The notes: a model not told the origin generated them from the letters alone. A DNA stretch of 64,000 bases from Candidatus Poribacteria bacterium (GCA_965215265.1 OZ244048.1:2720001-2784000); one strand, 5' to 3'. Numbered from the stretch's first letter, positions 11,110-21,277 are shown. Translations and numbers: made by a program.

Positions 11110-11945
11110 TAGCCACTCCGGAGAACCTAAGCATGAACGAAGAACAGAAATACCTATTCGATCTCACCGGGTACTTGATTCTTGAAAACGCATTGAGCTC
11201 AGAAGAAGTCACACTGTGTAACAAAGCAATAGACCATCACATTGAGCGACTGAGAGAACGCGAAAACTCACTCGCCGGAGGTTCTGAAGCAGGAGGCGGA
11301 ACCGCACACCGAATGGACATGGGCGGGATGCTCGCCTGGGAAAAACCGTGGTGTGAACGCTTCCGAAAACTCCTAGTACATCCTAACGTCAAGCCATACC
11401 TCCAGGAAATTCTTGGCAAAAAATACCGGCTTGATCACGGGCCCGGTCTCATCGCCATGGAAAACGGCACCGAAGGCGGCACCCTACACGGCGGCGGGAT
11501 TGAACGCCCCAATTTTTCCGAAGCCTACTTCTTCAAATACGGACGAATCTACACCGGACTCACCGTCGTTGAATACATGCTCGCTGACGAAAACCCCGGC
11601 GACGGCAGCTTAGCACTCATCCCCGGCAGTCACAAAGCCAATTTACCGTGCCCAAGCAGTATGAAACGCTACGAAAAACACCAGCACTTGGTCCAGGAAG
11701 TCAACGCCAACGTCGGCGATGCCGTCATCTTTACCGAAAACTTGACGCACGGCCCTCTCCCTTGGAAAGCCAAACACCAACGACGTGCGCTGCTCTATAA
11801 ATTCAGCCCCGGATTCCAAGCATACAGTGCCGGCGCACACCAGATCTCATATCCAGAATACATTGAGGCGATGACACCTGAACAACGGGAAGTTTTCGTA
11901 TCTTTCAGCTCATCAACGGCTGATGTTGTGTCAATCACTGTATAA
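11106..11945 (+). CDS. Phytanoyl-CoA dioxygenase (PhyH) family protein; C-terminus encoded by a repeat element
   Basis: YLFDLTGYLILENAL, IPGSHKAN, GDAVIFTENLTHG, RRALLYKF. Confidence 0.85.
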   Translation: MIATPENLSMNEEQKYLFDLTGYLILENALSSEEVTLCNKAIDHHIERLRERENSLAGGSEAGGGTAHRMDMGGMLAWEKPWCERFRKLLVHPNVKPYLQEILGKKYRLDHGPGLIAMENGTEGGTLHGGGIERPNFSEAYFFKYGRIYTGLTVVEYMLADENPGDGSLALIPGSHKANLPCPSSMKRYEKHQHLVQEVNANVGDAVIFTENLTHGPLPWKAKHQRRALLYKFSPGFQAYSAGAHQISYPEYIEAMTPEQREVFVSFSSSTADVVSITV

Positions 11946-11990
11946 ATCTCGTCAGAGCCATTCGATGTATTGAATCATAACATGGAAGCA
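11893..11990. repeat. Arm plus centre of the palindromic element, overlapping the PhyH 3' end
   Basis: TTTTCGTATCTTTCAG...TGATGT...TGTATAAATCTCGTCAGAGCC. Confidence 0.85.
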
Positions 11991-12028
11991 CCACACATCA
12001 GGCATTAATCTTTACACAGGAGAAAACC

Positions 12029-12979
12029 ATGTCTAAACTACGAGTCGCCGTCATTGGCTGCGGCGGCAGAGGCCGCGGCCACATGAAAATTCTTACCGAA
12101 TTTGACGATACCGCGCTCATCGCAGTCGCTGACCCCGTCGAAGCAGCACGAAACAACGCTGGCGATAACTACAACGTCTCAAACCGATACGAATCCATAG
12201 ACGCACTACTCGATAATGAAACACTCGACGCTGTCTTTGTCGCCACCCCCGCGCATCTCAACGGAGAAGCAGCACTCCCATGTCTCGCACGCGGCATACA
12301 CACACTTTTGGAAAAACCACCCGGAATGAACGTCGCTGAAACACAAAACTTGCGGGATACCGCCAAAAACACAGGCGCGAAAGGTATGGTCGGCTGGAAC
12401 CGCCGCTTTCATCCCCTCATTACTCAAGCAAAGCAGCTCGTCACTCACAGGGGACGCGTCACGCAAATCGTCGGCGAATTCCACAAAAGCATCAACCGAC
12501 TCGCACAATCCGGCAAATTCCCTGAACAACTGATGGATAACATGTTTCTCGAAACACCCATACACGCCCTCGATGTACTACGCGCCATCGCAGAAGCCGA
12601 CGTACTGGAGGTGCATAGTTTTGTCAACCGAACCATCTCTGCTTACAAAGATGTACACGCCGCACTGATCCGCTTTGAAAACGGCTGCGTCGCACAACTC
12701 ATCGCTAACTATACCACGGATGCACGCCTTGAACGCTACGAAATCCACGGACGAAACATCTCCGCTTACCTCGAAGGCGTATCCCGCGGAACCGTTTTCG
12801 CCGACGGAAAACAGTCCGAATTGACAGGCACAGCTACCGGCGGCACCGTCGAACAGAATCGTTACTTCTTAGATTGCGTCAAATCCGATACGCCCGTTTC
12901 ATTACCTGCAGCAAATCTCGACGAAGCTGTCAAAACCATGCAACTCGCTGAAGCAATTCTCAGCAACCTTATAGAGTGA
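12029..12979 (+). CDS. Gfo/Idh/MocA family oxidoreductase
   Basis: VAVIGCGGRG, LLEKPP, VGWNRRF. Confidence 0.92.
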   Translation: MSKLRVAVIGCGGRGRGHMKILTEFDDTALIAVADPVEAARNNAGDNYNVSNRYESIDALLDNETLDAVFVATPAHLNGEAALPCLARGIHTLLEKPPGMNVAETQNLRDTAKNTGAKGMVGWNRRFHPLITQAKQLVTHRGRVTQIVGEFHKSINRLAQSGKFPEQLMDNMFLETPIHALDVLRAIAEADVLEVHSFVNRTISAYKDVHAALIRFENGCVAQLIANYTTDARLERYEIHGRNISAYLEGVSRGTVFADGKQSELTGTATGGTVEQNRYFLDCVKSDTPVSLPAANLDEAVKTMQLAEAILSNLIE

Positions 12980-13029
12980 AATTCCCAGCCCCATCGCTGT
13001 GGAAACTATCACATAGAGAAGGAAAAACG

Positions 13030-13854
13030 ATGAGCTCCATAGAAAAACGCTTTGAGACTTACAAAACCGACGGATTCACCATTTTTGAGAACGTTTTTGA
13101 CGAACCACAGATGCAAAGCTGGCGGGAAAAACACCACCAGCTCTCAGAACAAAATAATGGACAAACGTGGTTCGGAAATACCCTCGAATTGGCACCGGAT
13201 ATCATGTGGCCCGCTGTCACGAACCCGACCCTCCTCGACTTTATAGAAAAGGTTATGGGGCCCTTCGTGCAGCTAGACAACCTAACCCTCGCTGCCTTCC
13301 CTTCAGTGGAACCCGAAAAAGCAGAAGGCCGGGTCTCCGGCTGGCACCGAGACCGCTGGGCACACGTCCCTTACACCGATGCATATCACCGCCCCAACGC
13401 CATTAATGCCATCTCCTACCTGCAAGATCTTACCGATGAGTTCGGACCTCTCCGTGTCATTGTCGGTTCACATCGGAAACCTCTCACGATGGAGAACGGA
13501 CAACGCGCAAAGACGCATCCCGACGAAACCTGCATCCACATGAAAGCCGGCGATGTCGTCATCACACACAACGGACTCGTCCACTCCGGCACACCCAATA
13601 CCTCCGGACGACTCCGCTATTTCTTCAGTATCTACTACAACCTGACCTGGCTCAAACACACCGACCATCACACCGGACCTAACACCCAAAAATTGCTCGC
13701 TGAAGCAAAAGCCGCTAACAACCATCGCCTCATGCGACTTCTCGGCCTAGATGAACAACTCCAACCCCGGTGTAACTCAGGCTTCCTACAGCCTGACGAA
13801 GAACGATGGCTCGAATGGGCAAACGCTGAACGCGCCGCACTACAAGGAGGATAA
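13030..13854 (+). CDS. PhyH family dioxygenase
   Basis: WHRD (HxD), GPLRVIVGSHR, AGDVVITHNGLVHSG. Confidence 0.88.
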   Translation: MSSIEKRFETYKTDGFTIFENVFDEPQMQSWREKHHQLSEQNNGQTWFGNTLELAPDIMWPAVTNPTLLDFIEKVMGPFVQLDNLTLAAFPSVEPEKAEGRVSGWHRDRWAHVPYTDAYHRPNAINAISYLQDLTDEFGPLRVIVGSHRKPLTMENGQRAKTHPDETCIHMKAGDVVITHNGLVHSGTPNTSGRLRYFFSIYYNLTWLKHTDHHTGPNTQKLLAEAKAANNHRLMRLLGLDEQLQPRCNSGFLQPDEERWLEWANAERAALQGG

Positions 13855-13857
13855 AGC

Positions 13858-14604
13858 ATGGCAGAGGTTCCTGTTGTACCAACCACACTCAACGTTCAAC
13901 TCGACTTTCAATTACAGCAAGAGGTCGATTTCTTCCTAAGATGGGGATACCTCGTCGTCGATAATGCCGCAACACCGGAGCAGATCCAATCACTTCGAGA
14001 CGCGCTCGATGAAGCTTACAAACGCCGCGACAAAGCCCAATTCATCGGAGAACTCCTTGAAGAGGACGACAGGTTCGCCTTTCTCTTAGACAATCCACCC
14101 GTCATGAAACGCATGCAAGCCATTTTAGGCACCTGCGTACAACTACACAGCGCAACCGCACGCATCACTGAACCCGGAACCCCTGATCAGAATTGGCACC
14201 GAGACGGACCCTGGCCCGTCGATCCATACGGAACACCCTACGGCAGCCTACCCGCACAGATTAACTGCGGATACTACCTCGACGAAATCACTCACGATAC
14301 CGGACCCACCGTCGTACAACCCGGCAGCCATAGAGCCCCGTTCCGGCCACCAGCAAGCCCTGTCCAACTCCCTGACGAAAAACGGGTGTTAGTCTCACCA
14401 GGGCAAGCCGTCATGTTTGATGGATGGACATGGCACCGCGGTGCCGCAAACACCTCTTCACAACGCAGACGCGTCTGCTTGATGTGTTATCAGAACGCTT
14501 GGATGAAATCGCGCGAGCCCTTTAACGGGCAACGCGTCACAAAACTACGAGAAAACGGCACGCCACAGCAGAAACTCTTGCTCGGCGCAATCCCAAAATG
14601 GTAA
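13858..14604 (+). CDS. PhyH family dioxygenase
   Basis: WHRD, GPTVVQPGSHR, FDGWTWHRG. Confidence 0.9.
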   Translation: MAEVPVVPTTLNVQLDFQLQQEVDFFLRWGYLVVDNAATPEQIQSLRDALDEAYKRRDKAQFIGELLEEDDRFAFLLDNPPVMKRMQAILGTCVQLHSATARITEPGTPDQNWHRDGPWPVDPYGTPYGSLPAQINCGYYLDEITHDTGPTVVQPGSHRAPFRPPASPVQLPDEKRVLVSPGQAVMFDGWTWHRGAANTSSQRRRVCLMCYQNAWMKSREPFNGQRVTKLRENGTPQQKLLLGAIPKW

Positions 14605-14623
14605 ACATACCGAAGGAGAAAAA

Positions 14624-16078
14624 ATGAACCTCGCTTACATTGTTATCGACACTCTACGCTACGACTACATCGCCGCAAATGGCAATCATTGGATTCAAAC
14701 GCCTAACATAGATGCTTTCGCCGCTAAATCCTGGGCTTTTGACCGTGCCTTCTGTGCCAGCTTCCCTACCATCCCTTACCGAACCGATGTCATCACTGGA
14801 CAATACGGCGCGCCCTTCCACCCTTGGAAACCGCTACGACATGAACGACAGACGCTACCTTGGACGCTCGCGCAATGCGGCTACGCTACACAACTCATTC
14901 ACGACACGCCACACCTCGTCAATGGCGGACATAACTTCGACTGGCCCTTCCACGCATGGACCTTTGTCCGGGGTGCTGAAGTCGATAGAGACTGGATTAC
15001 CGACAAAGTCGTCTGGCCCGACAACTGGACCCGACAACCGCTCTTTGATTGCATCCCTGAACGCGCAGCCGAATCCGGTATGCTCCGTAGCTACGCACGT
15101 GCCAACAGAAACCGCAAAAAACCTGACGATTGGAACTGTGCTAAACTCTTCAATACCGCCGCACAATTCCTCAAGGACAACGCAAACCGAGAGAACTTCT
15201 TCCTCTGGGTCGACTGCTTCGATCCGCACGAACCCTGGGACGCACCCCTCGAATTCATGAAAAAATACGATACACGCCCAGACTACGACGGCCGTGTCGA
15301 CCCGCGAAGCCTTGGCGGACGAAATAATCCCAACCTCTCCGATCTGGCAAAACAGCACATTAAAGCACAATATGCCGCAAAACTCTCCTGGATGGATGAC
15401 TGCTTCGGGCAATTCCTCGACGCATTGGAAACCACCGGACTCCACAAAAACACCACCGTCATTCTCACCGGAGACCACGGCACCAATGTAGGCGAACGCG
15501 GCACATTTGGAAAAGGGCAACCTGTCCGACAGCAAGAAGCACACGTACCGCTCTTTATCCGATTACCCGACGGCGATGCCGGACGCAGCAACGTCATCGT
15601 CCAACCGCAGGACTTCTTCCCTACGATTCTCAACATCCTCGGCGAAACTTGTCCTGACGGCATTGATGGACACGACATCTTAACACCCGCACGTGAACGG
15701 AAAACCGGACCACGGCACCTCGCATTATCCGGAGGAAGCATTGAGCGATGGCAACAAGCCGCAGATAACCCCAATCTTGTCCTCTTCACTACCTTCAATC
15801 AAGATTGGAGTTTAGAAGTCACCGCCAAACCGGAAAATTCACGACTCATCCGACTCGGGGACTTAGAGAACGTTGCCGACAAGCATCCGGACATCGTCGC
15901 ACAACTCCACACCGAAGCCCTTGACGACATCGAACACCGCGGCACAGATCCGGAACTCATCGCATGGCTCCGCAGCGGCGGCGAACGCGAATTCCCTACA
16001 GATGCGACATACTGGGATGGATACCCCGGCCCCGCCGGCTTCCGACCCTATTTCGGGAAACTCTACACCGGCGATTAA
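14624..16078 (+). CDS. Sulfatase-like hydrolase (alkaline phosphatase superfamily) with Thr at the nucleophile position
   Basis: IVIDTLRYD, SFPTIPYR, FDPHEPWD, TGDHG. Confidence 0.85.
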   Translation: MNLAYIVIDTLRYDYIAANGNHWIQTPNIDAFAAKSWAFDRAFCASFPTIPYRTDVITGQYGAPFHPWKPLRHERQTLPWTLAQCGYATQLIHDTPHLVNGGHNFDWPFHAWTFVRGAEVDRDWITDKVVWPDNWTRQPLFDCIPERAAESGMLRSYARANRNRKKPDDWNCAKLFNTAAQFLKDNANRENFFLWVDCFDPHEPWDAPLEFMKKYDTRPDYDGRVDPRSLGGRNNPNLSDLAKQHIKAQYAAKLSWMDDCFGQFLDALETTGLHKNTTVILTGDHGTNVGERGTFGKGQPVRQQEAHVPLFIRLPDGDAGRSNVIVQPQDFFPTILNILGETCPDGIDGHDILTPARERKTGPRHLALSGGSIERWQQAADNPNLVLFTTFNQDWSLEVTAKPENSRLIRLGDLENVADKHPDIVAQLHTEALDDIEHRGTDPELIAWLRSGGEREFPTDATYWDGYPGPAGFRPYFGKLYTGD

Positions 16079-16111
16079 CCGCCGGCTCATGCTCAGCCGT
16101 TTAGGCCCTGC

Positions 16112-16146
16112 CGGCTTGTGAGGCCCGGTCGCTTCCCCACAAGCCG
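16112..16146. terminator. Stem-loop after the sulfatase-like gene (terminator or REP-like)
   Basis: CGGCTTGTG ... CACAAGCCG inverted repeat. Confidence 0.45.
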
Positions 16147-16199
16147 CGCAAGACGGAGATATACAAAAAAAACAAAAATACTTAACAGGTGAATCTATC

Positions 16200-16796
16200 A
16201 TGCAAGTACAGATCTTAATGGGCTCTACAACAGTGCAGGTACATCAAACGATTGCAGATACCGGATGCGATATCATCTATATCGACTGTCAGCACGCTCC
16301 CTATACCGAATGGGACATACACCGAATCTGTAAAGCTGCCGAACAAAAAGACGTACCCGTCCTCTTGCGCATTAAACACACCCGGCACGCTTACCGACTC
16401 GGCAATTACTGCGACCTCGGTGCCTTCGCTATCAAAGTCCCCGAAGTCGAAACCGAAGCCGTCGTAGACGAAGCCATCAATTCATTCTACTTCCCGCCTA
16501 TCGGAGGACGCAGTTGGGGCGGATGGATAGGATACGGCATCCAAAATAGAAAAGACCGGCGGCAATACGCCCAATGGTGGAACGAAAACGCAATCCTCGG
16601 TTTCAAAGTCGAGTCCATCAAATCCGTGCTGAACATACGCACGCTGGCCAAACCCGGCATCACCTACATCGACTTCGGACCTGCTGATCTCATGTTTAAC
16701 ATTGAAACCCACAACCATCCAACTCTCAACTCCATTAGCGACTGCAGAGCATTCATCAACAAAGAGCTAGAAGGTGTTAACGTCCGCGTTTTTTAA
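16200..16796 (+). CDS. HpcH/HpaI aldolase family protein (possibly N-terminally short)
   Basis: DIIYIDCQHAP, KVPEVET, YFPPIGGRSWG, KVES, DFGPADL. Confidence 0.75.
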   Translation: MQVQILMGSTTVQVHQTIADTGCDIIYIDCQHAPYTEWDIHRICKAAEQKDVPVLLRIKHTRHAYRLGNYCDLGAFAIKVPEVETEAVVDEAINSFYFPPIGGRSWGGWIGYGIQNRKDRRQYAQWWNENAILGFKVESIKSVLNIRTLAKPGITYIDFGPADLMFNIETHNHPTLNSISDCRAFINKELEGVNVRVF

Positions 16797-16821
16797 TCCT
16801 TCAAAATCAGAGGAGAAAACC

Positions 16822-17871
16822 ATGCCACGCATATACAAAACCTGTCTCATCGGATGCGGAAGAATGGGCGCGACTATCGACGATGAAGTCGCAAACAGAC
16901 CCGATAGTTTTATCTGGCAGCCCTTCTCACATGCCGCCGCCGCTGTCGCTTGCGACAGAACTGACCTCATCGCCGTCTCTGACACCATCCCCGAGAAAGC
17001 TGAAGCCATCCGGCAACGCTATAGTGCCGAACGCGCCTATACCGATTACCGACAGATGATCGAAACCGAAAAACCGGACATCGTCTGCCTTGCAACACGC
17101 CCCGGACCGCACGCCGAGATTACCGTCTTCGCCGCCGAGCACAACGTCAAAGGCATCTACTGTGAGAAACCGCTCTGCTGCTCCATGGAAGAAGCCGATA
17201 TCATGGTTGACACTGTGCAAAAGCACGGTGTCAAATTCAATTACGGTACACAACGGCGCTATATGCCCATCTACCGCAAAGTACGCGAACTCGTCGACAC
17301 CGGCGAACTCGGAAAAATCCAATGCACCATCGCCCAATACGGTGCCAGTTCTGCACTCTGGGGATTAACCCATGCAGCCGACATGTTACTCTTCCTCGCC
17401 GGAGATCCCGAGGTTGACTTCGTCCAAGGTACCATCGCTTGCAACGAATCCGATTGGGACGGAAACCAATTAAACATAGACCCTGCGATTACCGGCGGAT
17501 ACGTCCGATTCTCAAACGGCGTTCACGGATACAATACCGCCGGCACCGGACCTGAATTTGAAGTGTGCGGCACCGCCGGCAAAATCAGGATTCTCAACAA
17601 CAGCAGGGAGTGTCAATTCCGCAAAAAAGAAGGCACCTTCCTCGAAGAAGTCCCTTTTCCGCGGGTCTCCCGGGCAACAGGCACCATCATGGGCATCACC
17701 GACATCGCCGAAGCGTTAGACGAAGACCGTGAAACAAAGGGACCCGTCCATCTCGCACGCCGCAGCCAGGAGCTCCTCATGGGCATGATTGAGTCACACC
17801 GACTAGGCGGACAGCATATCTCACTCCCCATGGAAAACCGCACCCTCTACGTCAGCGGAAAAAGTTGGTAA
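16822..17871 (+). CDS. Gfo/Idh/MocA family oxidoreductase
   Basis: CLIGCGRMG, IYCEKPL; SD AGGAG before the ATG at 16822. Confidence 0.9.
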   Translation: MPRIYKTCLIGCGRMGATIDDEVANRPDSFIWQPFSHAAAAVACDRTDLIAVSDTIPEKAEAIRQRYSAERAYTDYRQMIETEKPDIVCLATRPGPHAEITVFAAEHNVKGIYCEKPLCCSMEEADIMVDTVQKHGVKFNYGTQRRYMPIYRKVRELVDTGELGKIQCTIAQYGASSALWGLTHAADMLLFLAGDPEVDFVQGTIACNESDWDGNQLNIDPAITGGYVRFSNGVHGYNTAGTGPEFEVCGTAGKIRILNNSRECQFRKKEGTFLEEVPFPRVSRATGTIMGITDIAEALDEDRETKGPVHLARRSQELLMGMIESHRLGGQHISLPMENRTLYVSGKSW

Positions 17872-18056
17872 AATCCACACCTTTGTGCCTACTCCGAGTG
17901 CCAAAGACAGCCGTAAAAAGACACTCTTTTGACTGCAATAGCAACCAGATCAACAATCCGGATAACACGACTGTTACACATCCGGAAACCGAGCCTCACT
18001 TGTCCAAATACGTGCCACTGCTTGCAGGGTGGCACGCACATAAAAAAGACACTATC

Positions 18057-19040
18057 ATGAACATAGAAACCCAAGTCCACCAATTCCGCGAAACCTTTTA
18101 TCGCGTCAAAACCGAAGTCCAAAAACGCATCGTCGGCCAAGACGAAATCATCGAAGGCATCCTAATATGTCTACTCGCCAACGGCCACGCCCTCTTGGAA
18201 GGCATCCCCGGCTTAGGTAAAACCCAGCTCATCCACACCCTCAGCGAAACCCTCAACCTCAGTTTCAAGCGCATCCAATTCACCCCGGATATGATGCCCT
18301 CCGACATCACCGGCACCACCCTTCTCATAGAAGATGAACACGGCAGCAAACAGTTCCAATTCCAGCAAGGCCCGATCTTCGCACAGCTCATCCTCGCAGA
18401 CGAAATTAACCGGGCAACCCCTAGAACCCAATCCGCACTCCTCGAGGCGATGCAGGAACGGACCGTTACCATCGGACGCGCAACCCACCAACTCCAAGAA
18501 CCGTTCTGTGTACTCGCGACACAAAACCCGCTGGAAATGGAAGGCACCTATCCACTCCCGGAAGCCCAACTGGATCGCTTCCTCTTCAAGCTGCTCGTCC
18601 AATTTCCTAGTGAAGACGAGCTCGTCCACATTTTGCGCCGCACCACATCCGTGCTCGAAACCACCGTCCAGAAAGTCACCGACGCACAAACCATCAACCA
18701 CATGCGCAGACTCGTCCGTCACGTCATCATCGCCGAGCATGTCGAACGCTACATCATCCAACTGGTCCGAATGACACACCCTGACTCCCAAAACGCGCCG
18801 GATATTGTCAAAAGCTACGTAGCGCTCGGTGCCGGCATTCGTAGCATCCAAGCGATCGCCTTAACCGCAAAAATCAAGGCACTCCTTGACGAACGATACA
18901 ACGTTGCCTTTGAGGATATCGAGGCAGTCCTACTCCCCGCGCTCCGCCACCGCATCCTCCTCAACTTTGAGGGAGAAGGCGAAGCCATTAATACAGACGA
19001 CATCGTCACACAAGTCCGTGATACCCTCAACGCGGATTAG
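18057..19040 (+). CDS. MoxR family AAA+ ATPase
   Basis: HALLEGIPGLGKT, RIQFTPDMMPSD, LADEINRATPRTQSALLEAMQE, ATQNPLEMEGTYPLPEAQLDRF. Confidence 0.95.
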   Translation: MNIETQVHQFRETFYRVKTEVQKRIVGQDEIIEGILICLLANGHALLEGIPGLGKTQLIHTLSETLNLSFKRIQFTPDMMPSDITGTTLLIEDEHGSKQFQFQQGPIFAQLILADEINRATPRTQSALLEAMQERTVTIGRATHQLQEPFCVLATQNPLEMEGTYPLPEAQLDRFLFKLLVQFPSEDELVHILRRTTSVLETTVQKVTDAQTINHMRRLVRHVIIAEHVERYIIQLVRMTHPDSQNAPDIVKSYVALGAGIRSIQAIALTAKIKALLDERYNVAFEDIEAVLLPALRHRILLNFEGEGEAINTDDIVTQVRDTLNAD

Positions 19041-19057
19041 TTAATTTAGACCCTCTC

Positions 19058-19086
19058 TTGACAACTTCTACAAAACGTGTTATCAT
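19058..19086 (+). promoter_or_regulatory. Sigma70-type promoter
   Basis: TTGACA-17 bp-TATCAT with an extended TG. Confidence 0.65.
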
Positions 19087-19127
19087 TTCCACAATTGATT
19101 ACCCAATAACCGTTTTTTGGAGTTTAC

Positions 19128-20231
19128 GTGAAAATTCGTGCTATTCATGTTTATCAAGTCGACCTTCCTCTCCACGAAGGCAGCTATAACTGGTCCGGCG
19201 GGAAATCCGTATCCGTTTTTGACAGCACCATCGTCTCCGTCCAAACGGATGATGGCATCATAGGCTACGGCGAAGTCTGTCCCTTAGGGCCTTTCTATCT
19301 ACCCGCCTACGCCGCAGGCGCACGCACCGGAATCGCTCAACTCGCACCGCACCTCATCGGTGAAGACCCCACACAACTCGCACCGCTCAATCAACGCATG
19401 GACACCGTCCTCAAAGGACACCCCTACGTCAAATCCGCTATTGACATCGCCTGTTGGGATATCCTCGGCAAACTCTCAAACCAATCTGTCTCTACACTGC
19501 TCGGCGGAAGACATGGAACCGATTTCATGCTCTACCGGGCCATCTCTCAACAATCGCCCAACGAAATGGCTGCCAAGGTGGCAACCTATCGGGCAGAAGG
19601 CTACCGCAAATTCCAATTGAAAGTCGGAAGTGACCCAAACACTGATATTCAACGCATCCGTGCCGTCGCAAAACGGATGCAATCCGGGGATGTTCTCATC
19701 GCCGATGCCAACACCGGCTGGTTGATGCACCAGGCAGCCCGCGTCGTCCGAAACCTCACTGAGATTGATGTCTACATCGAGCAGCCCTGCCGCTCCTATC
19801 AAGAATGTCTCGCCATTCGACAACGCACAAATCATCCTTTCATACTAGACGAAACTATTGACAGCATCCACGCATTGCTACGTGCTTATGCCGACCGGGC
19901 TATGGATGTCGTCAATATCAAAATCAGCAAATTCGGCGGACTCACCAAAGCAAAACTTGCACGAGACCTTTGCGTCGAACTCGGCATCGCAATGACCATT
20001 GAAGATAGCTGGGGCGGCGACATCACTACCGCCGCAATAGCACATCTCGCTCACAGCACGCCAACCGAAGCCCTTTTCTCCGCAACCGATTTCAATAGCT
20101 ACCTCACTGTCAAAACCGCTGAAGGTGCACCCCAACGCACCCACGGCAGAATGGCTGCCTCAACACTACCCGGACTCGGTATCACACCCTATGCTGATGT
20201 CTTGGGCGAACCCGTCCTTCATGTGGAGTAA
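19128..20231 (+). CDS. Enolase superfamily (MLE subgroup) enzyme, cis-3-hydroxy-L-proline dehydratase-like
   Basis: YQVDLPLHEGSYNWS..VFDSTIV, EVCPLG, GHPYVKS, QLKVG, DANTGW, IEQP, LDE, TIEDSWG. Confidence 0.8.
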   Translation: MKIRAIHVYQVDLPLHEGSYNWSGGKSVSVFDSTIVSVQTDDGIIGYGEVCPLGPFYLPAYAAGARTGIAQLAPHLIGEDPTQLAPLNQRMDTVLKGHPYVKSAIDIACWDILGKLSNQSVSTLLGGRHGTDFMLYRAISQQSPNEMAAKVATYRAEGYRKFQLKVGSDPNTDIQRIRAVAKRMQSGDVLIADANTGWLMHQAARVVRNLTEIDVYIEQPCRSYQECLAIRQRTNHPFILDETIDSIHALLRAYADRAMDVVNIKISKFGGLTKAKLARDLCVELGIAMTIEDSWGGDITTAAIAHLAHSTPTEALFSATDFNSYLTVKTAEGAPQRTHGRMAASTLPGLGITPYADVLGEPVLHVE

Positions 20232-20235
20232 ACCT

Positions 20236-21201
20236 ATGCACATCAGACTCCTCTCCGCTAACGATGTCCGAGCCGCACTACCGATGCACAAAGCAATCGA
20301 GGGCATGCGACATGCATACAGCCAACTCTCCGCAGGGAACGTAACCGCACCACCACGACAACATCTCTATACATACAAAGGCGTTACCCTCATAATGCCT
20401 GCCTACCTCCCTCAACGCAGCGAATTCGCAATCAAAGTCGTCTCCGTTTATGATGGGAATCCTCAACTTGACCTCCCACGAATCAACGCCACAGTTTTAG
20501 TCCTTGACCCAGCCACAGGTGCCCCCAAAGCCTTCATCGACGGAACCAGCCTCACTGCCATCCGAACTGGTGCCGGCGGCGGTGCCGCCGCTGATATACT
20601 CGCTACACGGAACGCTAAAAATATCGGACTCTTCGGAGCTGGGGTCCAAGCCAGAACCCAATTGCAAGCCGTCATCGCTGTCCGAGACATCACACACGTC
20701 AACCTCATCAGTCGCACACACGCATCCGCACAAAAACTCGCCGATGAGATAGCCCAATGGACAGACGCGCCTCAAGTCAACATCGTAAGCACACCCAAAC
20801 AGGTCGTCGAGGACGCTGACATCGTCATCTGTGCTACTACATCCGCACTCCCACTCTTTGACGGAAACCACCTACAACCCGGAACACACATCACTGCCAT
20901 CGGCACTTTCGTACCGGAAAAGCGCGAAGTCGATACCACCACAATAAGACGTGCACACCGCATCGTCGTCGATTCACGCAATGCATGCTTAGAAGAAGCC
21001 GGGGATATCATTATACCTAACGCGGAAATCGATGCTGAAATCGGAGAAATCCTCAACGGTCAAAAACCCGGACGGCAAAACGAGCAGGAAATCACCTTTT
21101 TTAAATCCGTCGGCATCGCCGTACAAGACGCTGTAGCAGCAGATATCGCACTCGCAGAAGCTGAAGCCAAAGGATTAGGCATCCTCGTCGAAATCGCCTG
21201 A
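20236..21201 (+). CDS. Ornithine cyclodeaminase/mu-crystallin family protein (probable pyrroline-2-carboxylate reductase)
   Basis: LTAIRTGAGG, GLFGAGVQARTQ, ITFFKSVGIAVQDA. Confidence 0.88.
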   Translation: MHIRLLSANDVRAALPMHKAIEGMRHAYSQLSAGNVTAPPRQHLYTYKGVTLIMPAYLPQRSEFAIKVVSVYDGNPQLDLPRINATVLVLDPATGAPKAFIDGTSLTAIRTGAGGGAAADILATRNAKNIGLFGAGVQARTQLQAVIAVRDITHVNLISRTHASAQKLADEIAQWTDAPQVNIVSTPKQVVEDADIVICATTSALPLFDGNHLQPGTHITAIGTFVPEKREVDTTTIRRAHRIVVDSRNACLEEAGDIIIPNAEIDAEIGEILNGQKPGRQNEQEITFFKSVGIAVQDAVAADIALAEAEAKGLGILVEIA

Positions 21202-21248
21202 ATTAGAAATCTTAAAAACTGAGAAAAACCGCTTTTTTCATAATAAAC

Positions 21249-21277
21249 TTGACATCCAGCACTGAAAATGTTAAACT
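21249..21277 (+). promoter_or_regulatory. Sigma70-type promoter
   Basis: TTGACA-17 bp-TAAACT with an extended TG. Confidence 0.6.

Noticed and set aside
18057-19040. MoxR-VWA chaperone system
   Set aside because: No DUF58 or VWA partner is adjacent; partners may lie elsewhere, so no system is claimed.
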